Of a DNA stretch of 64,000 nt, positions 1-12,461 are shown piece after piece (positions within the stretch are counted from its first letter, which is position 1; every line of letters starts with the position of its first letter). The notes under the pieces were generated by a model. That model was not told where the DNA came from. It ran no database searches and was given only the letters and a program-made list of their open reading frames with translations. The position numbers were made by a program, and so were the translations under genes. Source of the stretch: Eledone cirrhosa (Eukaryota). The stretch spans positions 44,888,001 to 44,952,000 of the forward strand of contig OZ024744.1 of the NCBI GenBank assembly GCA_964016885.1, read 5' to 3'.

Positions 1-474
1 CACTCCGCTCATTTTTGTAGTTCTGGTATCTCAAATTAGTACTATCGAACCACAACTATTATAAACACCTTGCATATTTCTATAGGTACTTAGTGCCTGT
101 TGGAATATCCATACCCTTTTATGATCTTTCTCCTTATGTAGAGAACAAAACGTATCGCGCTGCTATTTTTAGTGGCATGATCAACAAGTTTATATTAAAC
201 AGCTTTTACTTGTAGCCTAATTTTGCGTGTGTATCACTTTAACAGCTTGACCGCATGCGTCGGGCACGAAGCGAAATATTGACTTACTATGAGATTTGCA
301 CCCTTATCATATGGAAATAAGCTGTCTAAAGGTCTAATTCTTTCCATTGCAAATTCTCTGTTTTCCAATCTTTGGATTAGTGAAACTGTCGGTAACAGCA
401 ATAGAACAGGTGAATATTTAAATCGTTTTTTAATTTATTTAAAAGATTGTTTGATAATTGCTTGCTCCGCTCAT

Positions 475-718
<244 letters not shown>

Positions 719-837
719 GACAGATGACAGTCGATCAACAAGATCCCAGACGTCCCGATCTGGGAATCGAAATCACAACCTCATGATTGCGAATCCATAC
801 ATCAATGTATTTGTGAGTGAATAATGATAATATTATA

Positions 838-954
838 ATAATTGTTTCTACTTTTGGCACAAGGCCAGTAATTACCCAGTACATTACTGGTACTTTATTT
901 TATCGACCCCGTAAGGATGAAAGGCAAAGATAACCTCGGTAGAATTTGAACTCA
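838..954 (-). mobile_element. tRNA-derived SINE, 5'-truncated, inverted relative to the next copy
   Basis: Reverse complement of the SINE B box, core and tail (ttgtttctacttttggcacaaggcc...ttttatcgacccc...tttgaactca). Confidence 0.85.
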
Positions 955-1593
955 TCGGTAGAGGGTCAGACGGTTTGTAGCATAGTTACGTCCCTTGCCA
1001 TTCTGAGTCCAAATCCCGCCGAGGTTAACTTTGCCTTTCATACTTACGGGGTCGATAAAATAAAATACCAGTCACGCACTGGGGTCAATTTCATCGACTT
1101 TTCCCTCCCCCCCAAAAAAATTGCTGGCCTTTTGCCTATATAAGAAACCATTATTATTATTAAAGGGCGTTGGATTGGCAGTAGCGGTAGAGAGTCGGAC
1201 ACCATGCTTTTCAGCATAGAGTTACGGCCCTTTACGGTCTGAGTTAAAATCCCGCCGAGGTTAACTTTGCCTCCCATCCTTCCGGGGTCGATGAAATAAA
1301 GCACCAGTAATGCACTGGGGTCGATTTAATCGACTTTTCCCCCTCCCCTTCAAATTACTGGCCTTGTGCCTAAAGTATAAATCATTATTATTGGCATTGT
1401 CGGTGGATTGGCAGTATCGGTAGAGGGTCGGACGCTATGCTTTGACGTATATAGTTACGGCCCTTGCCATTCTGAGTTCAAATCCCGCCGAGGTTAACTT
1501 TGCCTTTCATCCTTACGGGATCGATAAAATAAAGTACCAGTAATGCACTGGGTAATTGCTGGCCTTGTGCCAAAAGTAGAAACAATTTTTATT
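955..1593 (+). mobile_element. Three tandem SINE copies (~955-1161, ~1164-1392, ~1401-1593)
   Basis: A-box-like TGGCAGTA(G/T)CGG in copies 2-3 (copy 1 is 5'-truncated), B-box-like GAGTTCAAATCC, core CTTTGCCTTTCATCCTTACGGGGTCGATAAAATAAAGTACCAG, tail GGCCTTGTGCC.AAAGTAGAAAC followed by TTA repeats. Confidence 0.9.
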
Positions 1594-4500
1594 GGGCTTC
1601 TCGGACGTCTGTTTGCTCGCTCTCGTAAATCTCTTTATTTACCTGTCATAAATCATTTATTGTTAAATGTTATTGTTGTGTAAGGGATATAAGTGAAGGG
1701 AAAAGTTTAATTTTGGGGCCTTTTGTCCCAAATATTTGAACTTGTTACTTTTAAAAATTATCGAAAAGTAAACATGGTTGAGCCGCGTCCCCCCGTGATG
1801 TCTGCTGTCGTGTGACATGTCTGCTGTTGTGTGACAACGACGTAAAAGTTGAGAGGAGGGTTACGGCGAACACAGAAATTGATACAAGCACCACCACAAA
1901 TAACGTGAACAAAGACAGCAATGACAACAACACAGAACACTAATTTTGAAAAAAAAACCACACCAACCTCAACAGTAACAGGGACAACCAAGATGCAGAC
2001 AACAGAAAAAATGACAAATGCAACAACGATATTCACACCACTAATAAGAAAATAAATAGCGACAACACCAACAGCACCAACAACACCATTTGTAGCAGTA
2101 GCAACAGCAACAGTACCAACAACAAGGGCAGTAGCAGCTGTAGCGGTGGCAACAGTGATGCCACTGAAAAAGAGACCATCTCTTTTGCAAAAGTGGCTCG
2201 CAACGTAGAAACAGTCCTGGTCGCAGAGGAGGAGATGGCGGTCGCAAGACACATGCTAACCAGAACTGAATTTTCAGTGTCCTTGAAACCACCAACCGAC
2301 TTCCTGGAGGAACAAGAACGACGCACAGTGTCATACCTCACAATTGCCTCGAAATCGCCTCATGTGGAGAGAACAACGGAAGCCCAAATCCAGAACTGTG
2401 TGCCAAAAAGTAGAAACAAGATTATAATAATATCATAATATTCGGTTTGTTTGCAAACAACGAGCTTAAAAAACACCATGTGTGTTTTCTAGATGAGCAA
2501 TGTCACCCTTTTGTTAAGCGGCAAATCCCACATCACATGAGGCAGAAAGTACGCCACAGAAGACGTACTTTTCGCTACCTCCCAAGAAGCGAAGTCTCAC
2601 TCTTTGCAAACCCTAAAGAGTGAGGAGATAGTCTTGGTGCCCTTCTACTGCGGGCAAAAAATTGTGAGGGTCAAAGTGACCCAGGTCCCACCCGACGTGC
2701 CCATACCTTGGCTTGCTGCGTCTGTCCTTGCTGGAATCGAGGACAGGACGACCATGCTGCAAGTAGAGAAAATAGGGAGAGAGAACTGGTCAGGTATAGG
2801 CATGCAAAGGCTTATACAAACTGACGTGGAGTGTATCGACGCTATCCCCAAGGAAGGACTCCATCTCCCTATAAGCGTGGAAGGAAGACAGCCAAAATGT
2901 TATCTCTGTGGGTCAAAGGGTCACCTCAGGGCCTTTTGCCTGCAGAAGACAGCGAAGAAGAAGGCCCCTCTCCTTCCAATACCTGGTCCGCTGCTACCAA
3001 GAGCAGGGCAGGCAACTAACACAGGAGCCCCTTCCACGGTGAGTAGGAGGGCAACGTCCGTGGCACCCGTACCAAGGCCACGGATAACTAAAGCAGCATC
3101 ATCAGTAGCGGCAACACAATGGCTACATTTGAAGTAGCTGCACCAGCAACAATATTGCCGGAAAGGGCTCCACTTCCTCCACCAACAGCCGTGGAGCACA
3201 TACCCCTCCCAGACGCTACGGAATCCAACTTGGAGTCTGAGACAGGAGTGAAGTGGCAAACGGTCTGCCACAAAAACAAAAAAAAACAAAAAAACCTTAG
3301 CTTCACCCTCCAAAAGCGAAGGCACACAAAGAAAGGTAAAGGCTGCAAGGAGACTTGCAGCAACACCACCACCATCACACATCACCATCACCACCACAAG
3401 CACCACCGCCAACAACAACCACACCACCACCAGTATCACCAAAAACACCAACAATGCAAACACAACAAAACACACACACCAAACAGTGACAAAAAGAAAA
3501 CAGCAACAAAATCACCCCTCCCCCCAAAAAGTACACAGCCAAACATGGCAAATAAAGAACTCATACGACATATAAAGCAGCACACAGACATCACAGAAAA
3601 AAACTACTACACCCCACCAACACCAAGAACTCTCCCGACAAACATAAGCATCATTGATATCAAAATAGAAGAGTACAAACTTTTAAAACAAAAATTCCCC
3701 AACGCAGTTGGAGACTTCAGAGGGTCGGTTACCAAGAGGATATTCACTGACATCCTCTTGGAAACCCCCATGACCAGCCAAAGGGACGGTTCTACTGTCC
3801 CTTCACTACATGATCAAGGTAAGTGACCCTTTCTCACTTGCCCCATTTTTCATCCAACATGGCCGTACTTAGAATAGGCAGTATAAATGCACGTGGCCTG
3901 GTGTCATCTTGGAAGCAGGGTCACCTGCTCAACGACCTCGGGTCACTAAACATAGATGTGGTGGCCATCAACGAGACCAGAATCTCCGAAGTACGAGCCT
4001 TCGCACCGATCTTCGGCGGCTACGATGTATACGCATCTCCCAGCCGTCCAGGATCGGGTGGAGGGGTTGCCGTCCTTTTTCGGAGAGGCTTGGATCTCGC
4101 CATACGGGTCATCTTCCTGGACCCAGAAGGTAAGTCGCTGGTGTTGGACGTGACCGGCAGCGAAGGCAATGCTTTCAGGCTAGTAGCCGTCTACGCCCAA
4201 ACAGGGGCAGTACGGCCAGATTTCTTCAGACGTCTAGAGACCTTTCTTGGAACGTCCAACTCTTTAGTGTTAGTTGGCGACTGGAACGGTATCTTGGATG
4301 CAAGCTGGGATTGTCTGGGACTAGTGGATAGGGGAGGAGGGTGCAAGAGCCTCACCAACCTGCTCAGACGTTTTGAACTGTCTGACTGGTATCGACTGGA
4401 TCACCCGAATGTGCCAATGTGGACATGGACAAAACGCATCGGGTCATCCAGATCGTATCTCGATAGGGTATTCTGCAGAGAACTAAATAAGGCTAGTATA

Positions 4501-7230
4501 AGTTGTCTACAATTTAAAATAGTCGACTACACAGACCACACATTTGTGATCTGTGAGATCGACATAGACAGACTTCATAGACAAGGACCCGGTTACTGGA
4601 AGCTGAACGCGTCTTTCCCGGCGCGCAAGCCTACAGAGACCGGATTAGCGTATTAGTTAAGCGGCGTTGACGGGAGCGGTCGTCAACAACAGTTGGTGGT
4701 TCGCCCTGAAAAGGGAAATTAAAGTAGAGTCGATTAGGTTTAGCAAAGGAGTAGGTATAGAGGAAAATAGAGTAGAGGGAGAGCTAGTCAGAAAGCTAGA
4801 AGAGGTGTTTAGGACAGGCATCGCAACCGACGTGTTTGCGACGAGATTGGCACTCGACCAATTCCTCAACGCAAAACACGAAGGCTGCGTTGTCAGAGCT
4901 AGAGTGCGTGCTTTGAACAATGAGGGGACAAAAGCCGTCCAATGGGCCCGGGTGGCAGAGGCGCGACGTGTAAACAAAGCCACAATTCGGTCTTTGTCTG
5001 ACCAAAACGGGCGCGTGTTGCTCGATCCCGAGGAGATGTGTGAGGCTTTTCAGCAGCACTTTGCTGAACTGTTCGGAAGCAGCGGCGGGCCGGATCGACG
5101 TATGGACTTCAGCGCACACCTCGACGGACGGACTGCCTCAGCTCTCGACGACTGCAGCACTGTTGCGAAAAACCAATAACAGCCGGTGAAATACGGGAAG
5201 CGATGGCTAACTGCACAAGGGGTAAATCACCAGGTTTAGATGGTCTGCCCTACGAGCTTTATGCATTTATGCCAGACTTGTTCGGTGACCTCTTAGCAGA
5301 CGTCTACTGCAACTGGCGGCAGAACGGGGGCATTCCTAGTTTTGTGAGCCGGGGAGCGGTGGCGCTGCTGAAAAAGACCCGAACAAGAGGGGTGTTATCG
5401 ATAAGTTCAAGCCCATAACTCTTCTAAACACAGAGTTCAAGATTTTGGCCAAGGTGCTAGCAAAGAGGTTGGCGCTTGTCGTTGGTGGTCTGGTGGGAGA
5501 GGCGCAGACATGCGCCATTCCAGACAGATCCATCCACGACAACCTCCACCTCATGCGATACATCGTGGAGAGAGTAGCTAGGGAACCTGGCACGGGTGGG
5601 TCCTTGTTCAATTTAGATCAGTCGAAAGCTTTCGATAGGGTCGACCATCGTTACCTAGCGGCAGTCCTGAGGGCGGCTGGCTTTGGGCCCGTCTTCAGAG
5701 GCTGGATCGCTGCCATGCACAGCGACATCTGCTCTGTGGTGAGAGTGAACGGTCACCTTTCGGAACCGTTCAACATCATGCGCTAGGTCCGCCAAGGATA
5801 TCCCCTCTCGTCCTCCTTGTACGTATTGACTCTCGAGCCATTACTGCACAAATTGGAGACGTTGAGGGGATCCCGCGCGAACTAGGATGCGGAAGATCCG
5901 TATCAGCATATGCGGAGGATGTCACCGTTGTGGTGTCGAACGCCAAACACATCGAGGCGATCGGCACTACACTAAGAGAATACGAAGCGGTGAAAGGAGC
6001 AATGATCAACCAGGAAAAGTCTGTGGGCCTGCAGCTCGGCACCTGGAGTGGCAGGTCCATGCCGTCCATCAGCGTCGTCGGGCGCTGGACGGACGGACCG
6101 GTTAAATTGCTAGGGGTCTGGTTCGGTCCGGACCTCCAGACGGACAAAAACTGGGACGAGGTGACGAGCAGGGTGGCTTCTCTCACCCAAAAATGGGCGG
6201 AGAGGACGCTATCCCTGAAAGGTCGAGTGGACGTGGCGAATGCATACATCCCGCCCGTCATCTACTACCGCCTGACCGTCGTGCCTTGTCCTAAGCCTCG
6301 GCTGACTACGCTGGAGCGTTTGCTCTTTCGGTTTTTGTGGAAGGGACGCGCTCAGGCTACGGCACCTCCAACTCTTCCTCGACGATGATCAGGTGTGGTC
6401 GCCGTTTGTTAAACACATGTTGCCCCAGCTAGTCTCCTTGGCGGAGCTGCAGTCCTGGGTTAAGCGAAGACCGAGAGGAAGTGGTTGCTGACTAGAATGT
6501 CTTCAGGCGCTTACAACCCTCGACCACTCGGTCAATACCATCACTGGAAACTCAACCTTGGCGTTCTATAGAGGGTTAGTCGAGGGAAAGAGCGATGACG
6601 TACTTGGGGAAAATCTAGGCGTCGACGAAAATCAACTAGCCAATCTCTTCGGAAGATCTTTCGGGCCGGGGCCTATGGACAATTTTCAGAAATCCCTGGC
6701 CTGGCAGTGCTACCGAGGAGCTTTACCAGTTCGGGATAAACTCTACAGGCATGGAAGTGGCGTTAATCGGGCATGTACGAGATGCGCTCAGGGCGACGAA
6801 ACCGTCCTGCACGCACTCGTCCAGTTTCCGAGCATTGCTGACTTGTGGTTTTATGTCGCGTGTAGAACAGATCCATCGTGAGGATTTCGTCGCCCTCTTC
6901 CTTTAGCCGGGAAGGACAGGCATTTTTTTATCTCTCTGGTGGCCATATCGAAAGAGATAGTATGGTGGACGCGTCTGAAAGGGCTGAAGACGAGCATTTA
7001 CCTCTTCGCTGATGCCCTGATTAACTTTTTCAAATTTCATTTGAAAAGGAAAAATCAGAGTAGAGAGGGAAGTGCTCTCTTCCCATCATTTTGTTGAAAG
7101 ATGGGTGAGAGAGGCAAGAATGGCCCAAGTGAATGGACCTACTCTGAGTATGTGCCTGTAAATTGAAGGGCACTTGCCCTGGTGGTCAGGGTTACCGTGG
7201 CTTTTTTAATAGGCTTGTGGTTAATAAAGA

Positions 7231-7271
<41 letters not shown>
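1594..7271 (+). mobile_element. Tx1-like (L1 clade) non-LTR retrotransposon copy 1, near full length, disrupted
   Basis: ORF1 remnants with CCHC knuckle CYLCGSKGHLRAFC; ORF2 remnants with APE endonuclease (SINARG, INET, GDWN, LDRVF, TDH), RT (SPGLDG, LDQSKAFDRVDH) and a C-terminal Cys motif; ends AATAAAGAAAG(TTA)n. Confidence 0.92.
3859..7162 (+). pseudogene. Tx1 copy 1 ORF2 (APE endonuclease + reverse transcriptase), frameshifted and deleted
   Basis: ORF fragments 3823-4656, 4667-5179, 5445-5786, 5930-6388 and 6558-6881 are colinear with ORF2 of copies 3 and 4. Confidence 0.88.
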
Positions 7272-7477
7272 GGGCGGTGGATTGGCAGAATCGGTAGAGG
7301 GTCGGACGCCATGCTTTCCAGCATAGTTACGTCCCTTTACGATCTGAGTTCAAATCCCGCCGAGGTTGACTTTGCCTTTCATCCTTACGGGGTCGATAAA
7401 ATAAAGTACCAGTAATGCACTGGGTAATTGCTGGCCTTGTCCCTAAAGTAGAAACAATTATTATTATTATTATTATT
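7272..7477 (+). mobile_element. Full-length SINE between two (TTA)n tracts
   Basis: GGGCGGTGGATTGGCAGAATCGG...GAGTTCAAATCC...GTAGAAACAA(TTA)n; preceded by the Tx1 copy 1 tail. Confidence 0.92.
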
Positions 7478-7545
7478 GGTCTAAAGTACCAGTAATTAAC
7501 TGGGTATTTGCTGGCCTTGTGCCTAAAGTAGAAACAATTATTATT

Positions 7546-10500
7546 GGTCTAAGCGGACGTATTTTGCTCGCTCCTAGTAAGTCGCTTTATTTGCCTGTTT
7601 AAATTATTTGTTGTTAAATATTTCTTGTTGTGTAAGGGATATAAGCCCTTAGACTTTGCCCCGTGAAGGGAAAAGTATAATATTTGCGCCTTTTGGCCCA
7701 AATATTTGAACTTTTTTTACATGTTAAAAAATTTACGAAGAAAAAAAAACATGGCTGAGCCACGCCCCCCAGCTATATGTCGGCTGTCGTGCGACAACGA
7801 CGTAGAAGTTGAGAGGAGCGCTACAGCGAAATTAACACACATTGATAACACAAACACCACCACAAACAAGGAAAACAAAGACACCAATGATACCAATAAG
7901 AACTCTAATTTTGACAAAATTGACAGTAACAGCGACAACGAAAATACAGATAACAAAAAAAAAGATAACAAATACAACAACAATATCAACACCACTAACA
8001 TGAAAACAGATAGCGACAACACCAACAGCAACAATACCAACTGCACCGAGAACAACGGTGGCAACAAAGACAACAATGATAACAGCGACAGTGCTAACAA
8101 CAACACCAACAAGAACAACGTCAACAACACCCCCAACGAAAACAAGAACACTTTCGCTGCGGCAGCAGCAAAAAAGAGGCCATGCTTCAACATGGACCTC
8201 TCAACCAAAGATGAAAAGTTGGCCCAGGCATGGAAGCTCATCAAGCAAGAGCAAACTTGGGCCAACTTAACTGTCCCGGTAGAAGCTATTGAGGCAGTGG
8301 AGCGCAAAACGGTGCATTATAGATGCATCTCAGCACAAACCAAAAGGGCAGCGTTAATCCCACAAGAAGATGTCGAAGTCGCGCTGAGGTGCATCAGAGA
8401 AGACACCCAGTACATAGAGAGGGGAAGACAGTACGGCACCATTTCGGTGTTGTTCAAGTCAGAAGCCCTCGCTATGAAACACTCTATGACTCCTTGCAAA
8501 ACCAGCAAGGTGATAATGTACCCCTCCCACATGGGAAAAAGAACGGCCCGTCTCCGCATTCCCAGAATCCCACCAGGACTTGACATGTGGTGGCTTCTGG
8601 GATGTGTGATTGTGGAGGGGACGGATACAGTCCCTATACAAGTGACAAGAACGGCCAGAAAGGACTGGTCTGGGGTTGACCTGGAGATACTTCTCCAGAT
8701 CAGGCCCGAGAATGTGAAGACAATCCCAGACCACATCCGCCTTCAGAATGGGACGGCCATTCACATTATGACCGAAGGCAAAAGGCCGCAGTGTTTTGTT
8801 TGTGGGGAAAAAACCCATTTGCTAGCCTTCTGCCCTCAACTGCTGAAAGACGCAAGGGGTCGAAAGGCTCCACTGCTACCGACGCCGGGGCGAGGACAAC
8901 AACCAACACCTGCACCGGCAAAACCACCAACAACAATACCAATAGAAAGACCACCACCAACATTGACCACCTTGGGTGGAAACGAGGAAAGCTGTCAAAT
9001 TCCCCCTCTCCCCCAAAATACACACACAAATAAAACCTTAAACATACATACAGACGCACTTACAGACACAGACCCCTCATCTACCAGTAGTGAAAATGAG
9101 GGAAATCCAAAATCCCCCAAAATACAAAAAAGGAAACACAAAAAGAGAAAAAAACTCAACAAAGCACAAAAGCACCCACAATAAAAAACGCAGATACCAC
9201 CCACGCAAACATCTCTCCAATAACACCAACATTAACACCACCATCACCATCATCGAAATCCCCCAAACGCAAACAACCGAAACAGACGCAAGAACAAATA
9301 TACACACAAACATCTGAAACCACAGACACCGCACTCACAACAAACACAGATACAACCGAAACAACACCACCAAAACATCACCACCACAGCCACGCAAACA
9401 AATAAAATCACACCAACAAAATATACAAAATTTCGTGCTCGTCAGGAGGGCCAACAAGGAACTGATGGCCCTCGTTGCACGAAGTGAAAATATACAAAAA
9501 GAAGGGGAAATGTTTTAATCGAGCACATTTCGCGTGCCGGAAGATGTGGTTGGTGGTCTTTAGTTAAGAAAAAGTTGACAGGGGGAGTCGTCAACAATAG
9601 ATGGTAGGGCGGGGGGCTCTCAAAAGAGAGATTAGAGTAATGTCGATAGAGTTTAGCAAAGAAGTAGCACTAGAGAACAATAGAAAGGAGGGGGAGTTGG
9701 TAGATAAGTTAGACGAGGCTATTGGTAGTGGTATTGCAACTGATGTGCTAGCGGCGATAATGGCATTAGACCATTTCTTCAATGCGAAACACGAAGGTTG
9801 CATTGTCAGAGCTAAGGCGCGTGCTCTGAGAAACGAGGGAACCAAAGCTGTTCGATGGGCCCGCGTGGCAGAGGCGCAGCTTGGTAATAAAACCACGATT
9901 CGGTCTTTGACGGACCGAGAAGGGGACACGAGCTGAGCGATTCCAAGAGGATGTGTGAGACCTTTCGCCAACATTTTGCTCGGTTGTTCGGGGGAAGTGG
10001 CGGGTCAGAGTTGGTGGCGGATTTCAGTCCCTACCTCGATGGCTTGCCGCAACTCTCGACGGCTGACGCTGGGCGCTGCAAAAGGCCAATTACTTCAGCC
10101 GAGATTCAGGATGCCCTTGTAGGCTGCATGAGGCGAAAGTCACGCGGTTTGGATGGTCTGCCCTACGAGTTTTACATAAATATGCCAGACTTGTTCTCAA
10201 ATCACCTCGAAGCCCTCTACTGCAACTGGCAGCAAAACGGGAGTACTCCCAGTTCTGTGAGCCGGGGGGTAGTGACGCTGATGAGGAAAGACGAGAACAA
10301 AAGGGACACATTAGACAATTTCAGGCCCATAACTCTGCTCAACACAGAGTTTAAGATTTTGGCCAGGGAGTTAGCGAAGAAGTTGGCGCTTGTCGTCGGG
10401 GATTTGGTTGGGGAGGCGCAAGCTTGCGCAATCCCAACCAGGTCCATACACGACAACCTCCACCTAATGCGATACATCATAGAGAGGGAAGGGTGTAAAC

Positions 10501-12461
10501 CTGGCTTCGGTGGGGCTCTGAGCAATTTAGATCAATCGAAAGCATTCGATAGGGTCGACCATCGGTACCTGGAGGCTGACCTCTAGGCGGCTGGCTTCGG
10601 CCCCGTCTTCAGAAGCTGGATCGCTGCAATGCACAGCGGCACCTGCTCGATGGTCAAAATTAATGGCCACCTCTCGGAACCGTTTCAGGTCTCCCGATGG
10701 GTCCGTCATGGGTGCCCTCTCTCCTCCCTTCTGTACGTATTGACTCTCGAGCCTTTACTGCGGAAGCTGGAGCTATTGCAGGGCATCCCGCTAGAACCGG
10801 GACGCGGAAAGGCTGTGTCGGCTTATGCGGACGACATCACCGTGATGGTGTCGGACACCTCAGAAATCGAGGTGGTCGGCAACTTATTGGAGGAATATGA
10901 AAGGTTGACGGGAGCAAAACTTAACCCGGAAAAGTCAGAAGTCTTGCAACTCGGGACCTGGAGAGGCAAGTCCATACCGTCCAACAGCGTCGTTAGGCGC
11001 TGGACGGACGGACCGGTAAAGTTTCTAGGGGTTTGGTTCGGGCCAGAGCTCCAGGTGGATAAGAATTGGGACGAGGTGACGGGCAGGGTAGTCAGTCTCA
11101 CCCAGAAATGGGCTGGGATGAAGCTATCACTGAAAGGTCGGGCGGAGGTGGCGAACGCGTACATCACGTCCGTCATCTACTACCGTCTGACTGTCGTACC
11201 ATGCCCCCGTTCGCGCCTCGCCATCTTGGAGCGGCTCCTCTTCAAATTCTTGTGGAGGGGTCAGGTTCTGCTGGTGAGGCGGTCCATCTGCTGCCAGCAC
11301 CCTCTACGTGGATGGCTGGGCATGCCGTGGCTAATGATGCGCAGGCACGCGCTGAGGGTGCGGCATCTCCAGATATTCTGCCTAAACGTGAACAGGTGTG
11401 GTCGCCGTTTGTCAGACGGGCCTTTCCGCAGCTCGTTTCTTTGACTGAGTTGCAGTCCTGGGTCAAGAAGAGACCGATACTGGGTGACTGGTATCTGGAA
11501 TGTTGCCAGGCACTCACTGCCCTCTACCAGGCCGGCAATGCGGTCAGTGGTACTTCCACTCTCGAGTTCTATAGAGGATTAGTGGTGGGCAAGTGCGACG
11601 ACGCACTCGGAGAGGCTCTGGGAGTCAACGAAGTCGAACTAACCAGTCTGTACCGGAGGACTTTCGAGCCGGGGACGATGGATAATTTCCAAAAATCCCT
11701 CGCTTGGCAGTGTTACCGGGGGGCACTGGCGGTTCGAGATAAACTCTACAGGCACGGAAGTGCTGTCAGTCGGACCTGCCCGAGATGCGCGCAGAGTAAC
11801 GAAACCGTTCTGCACGCACTCGTCCAGTGTTCGTGCATTACTGACTTGTGGAGTTATGTTGAACAGCTGTTGTCGCGTGTAGAACGGATCTGGTTATCTG
11901 CCGAGTCCATAGTGAAGATCGACCCGCCTGTTCTTTTGGCCAGGAAGAGCAGGCAATTTTCCTCTGTCTGGTGGCAGTAGCGAAAGAGGTTGTATGGTGG
12001 ACGAGGTTAAAAGGACTGAAGACAGACACTTTTCTCTTCGGCCAATCCCTCATCAACTTTTACAAATTTCACTTGGAAAGGAAGGTGAGGGTGGAGAGAG
12101 AAGTGCTGCCCCCAGTACATTTGCTGAAAGGTGGGTGAATGTGGCGAGAATGGCCCGTGTGAGTGGGTCTACTCTGGTCATGCGGCTGTAGGTAGGTAAA
12201 TTTGAATAGGAGAGGGGTGCCCTTTCAGGGTGCTCTCGAAGCATCGGGTGGTTCAGGACTGGTGGGGTACCTGAGCGAACCCTAGGTGGTCATCCCCCCT
12301 ATTGGGGAATTTTTTCTTGTAATATTCTTGTTACTTTATTGTTACTTTGTTATTGTAACTTTGTTTATTCATATAGTTTACTCGATTTTTCTGTAAAACC
12401 CCACTGTCGCAGTCTTTTGTATTGTCCCCTATATGTCGGCCCTTGTGGCCAATAAATGAAA

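Noticed and set aside
1-474. Short direct repeat CTCCGCTCATTT near both ends of this segment
   Set aside because: Only 12 bp and truncated by the window edge; cannot be assigned.
7272-7365. tRNA gene at SINE heads (also tRNA-like relics at ~750-810 and ~54940-55000)
   Set aside because: A/B boxes are present but there is no full cloverleaf; the sequence continues into the SINE body.
7717-8307. Hydrophobic antisense ORFs over Tx1 ORF1 (also 1758-2252, 13777-14307, 26487-27131)
   Set aside because: Shadows of AAC/ACC-rich low-complexity sense sequence.
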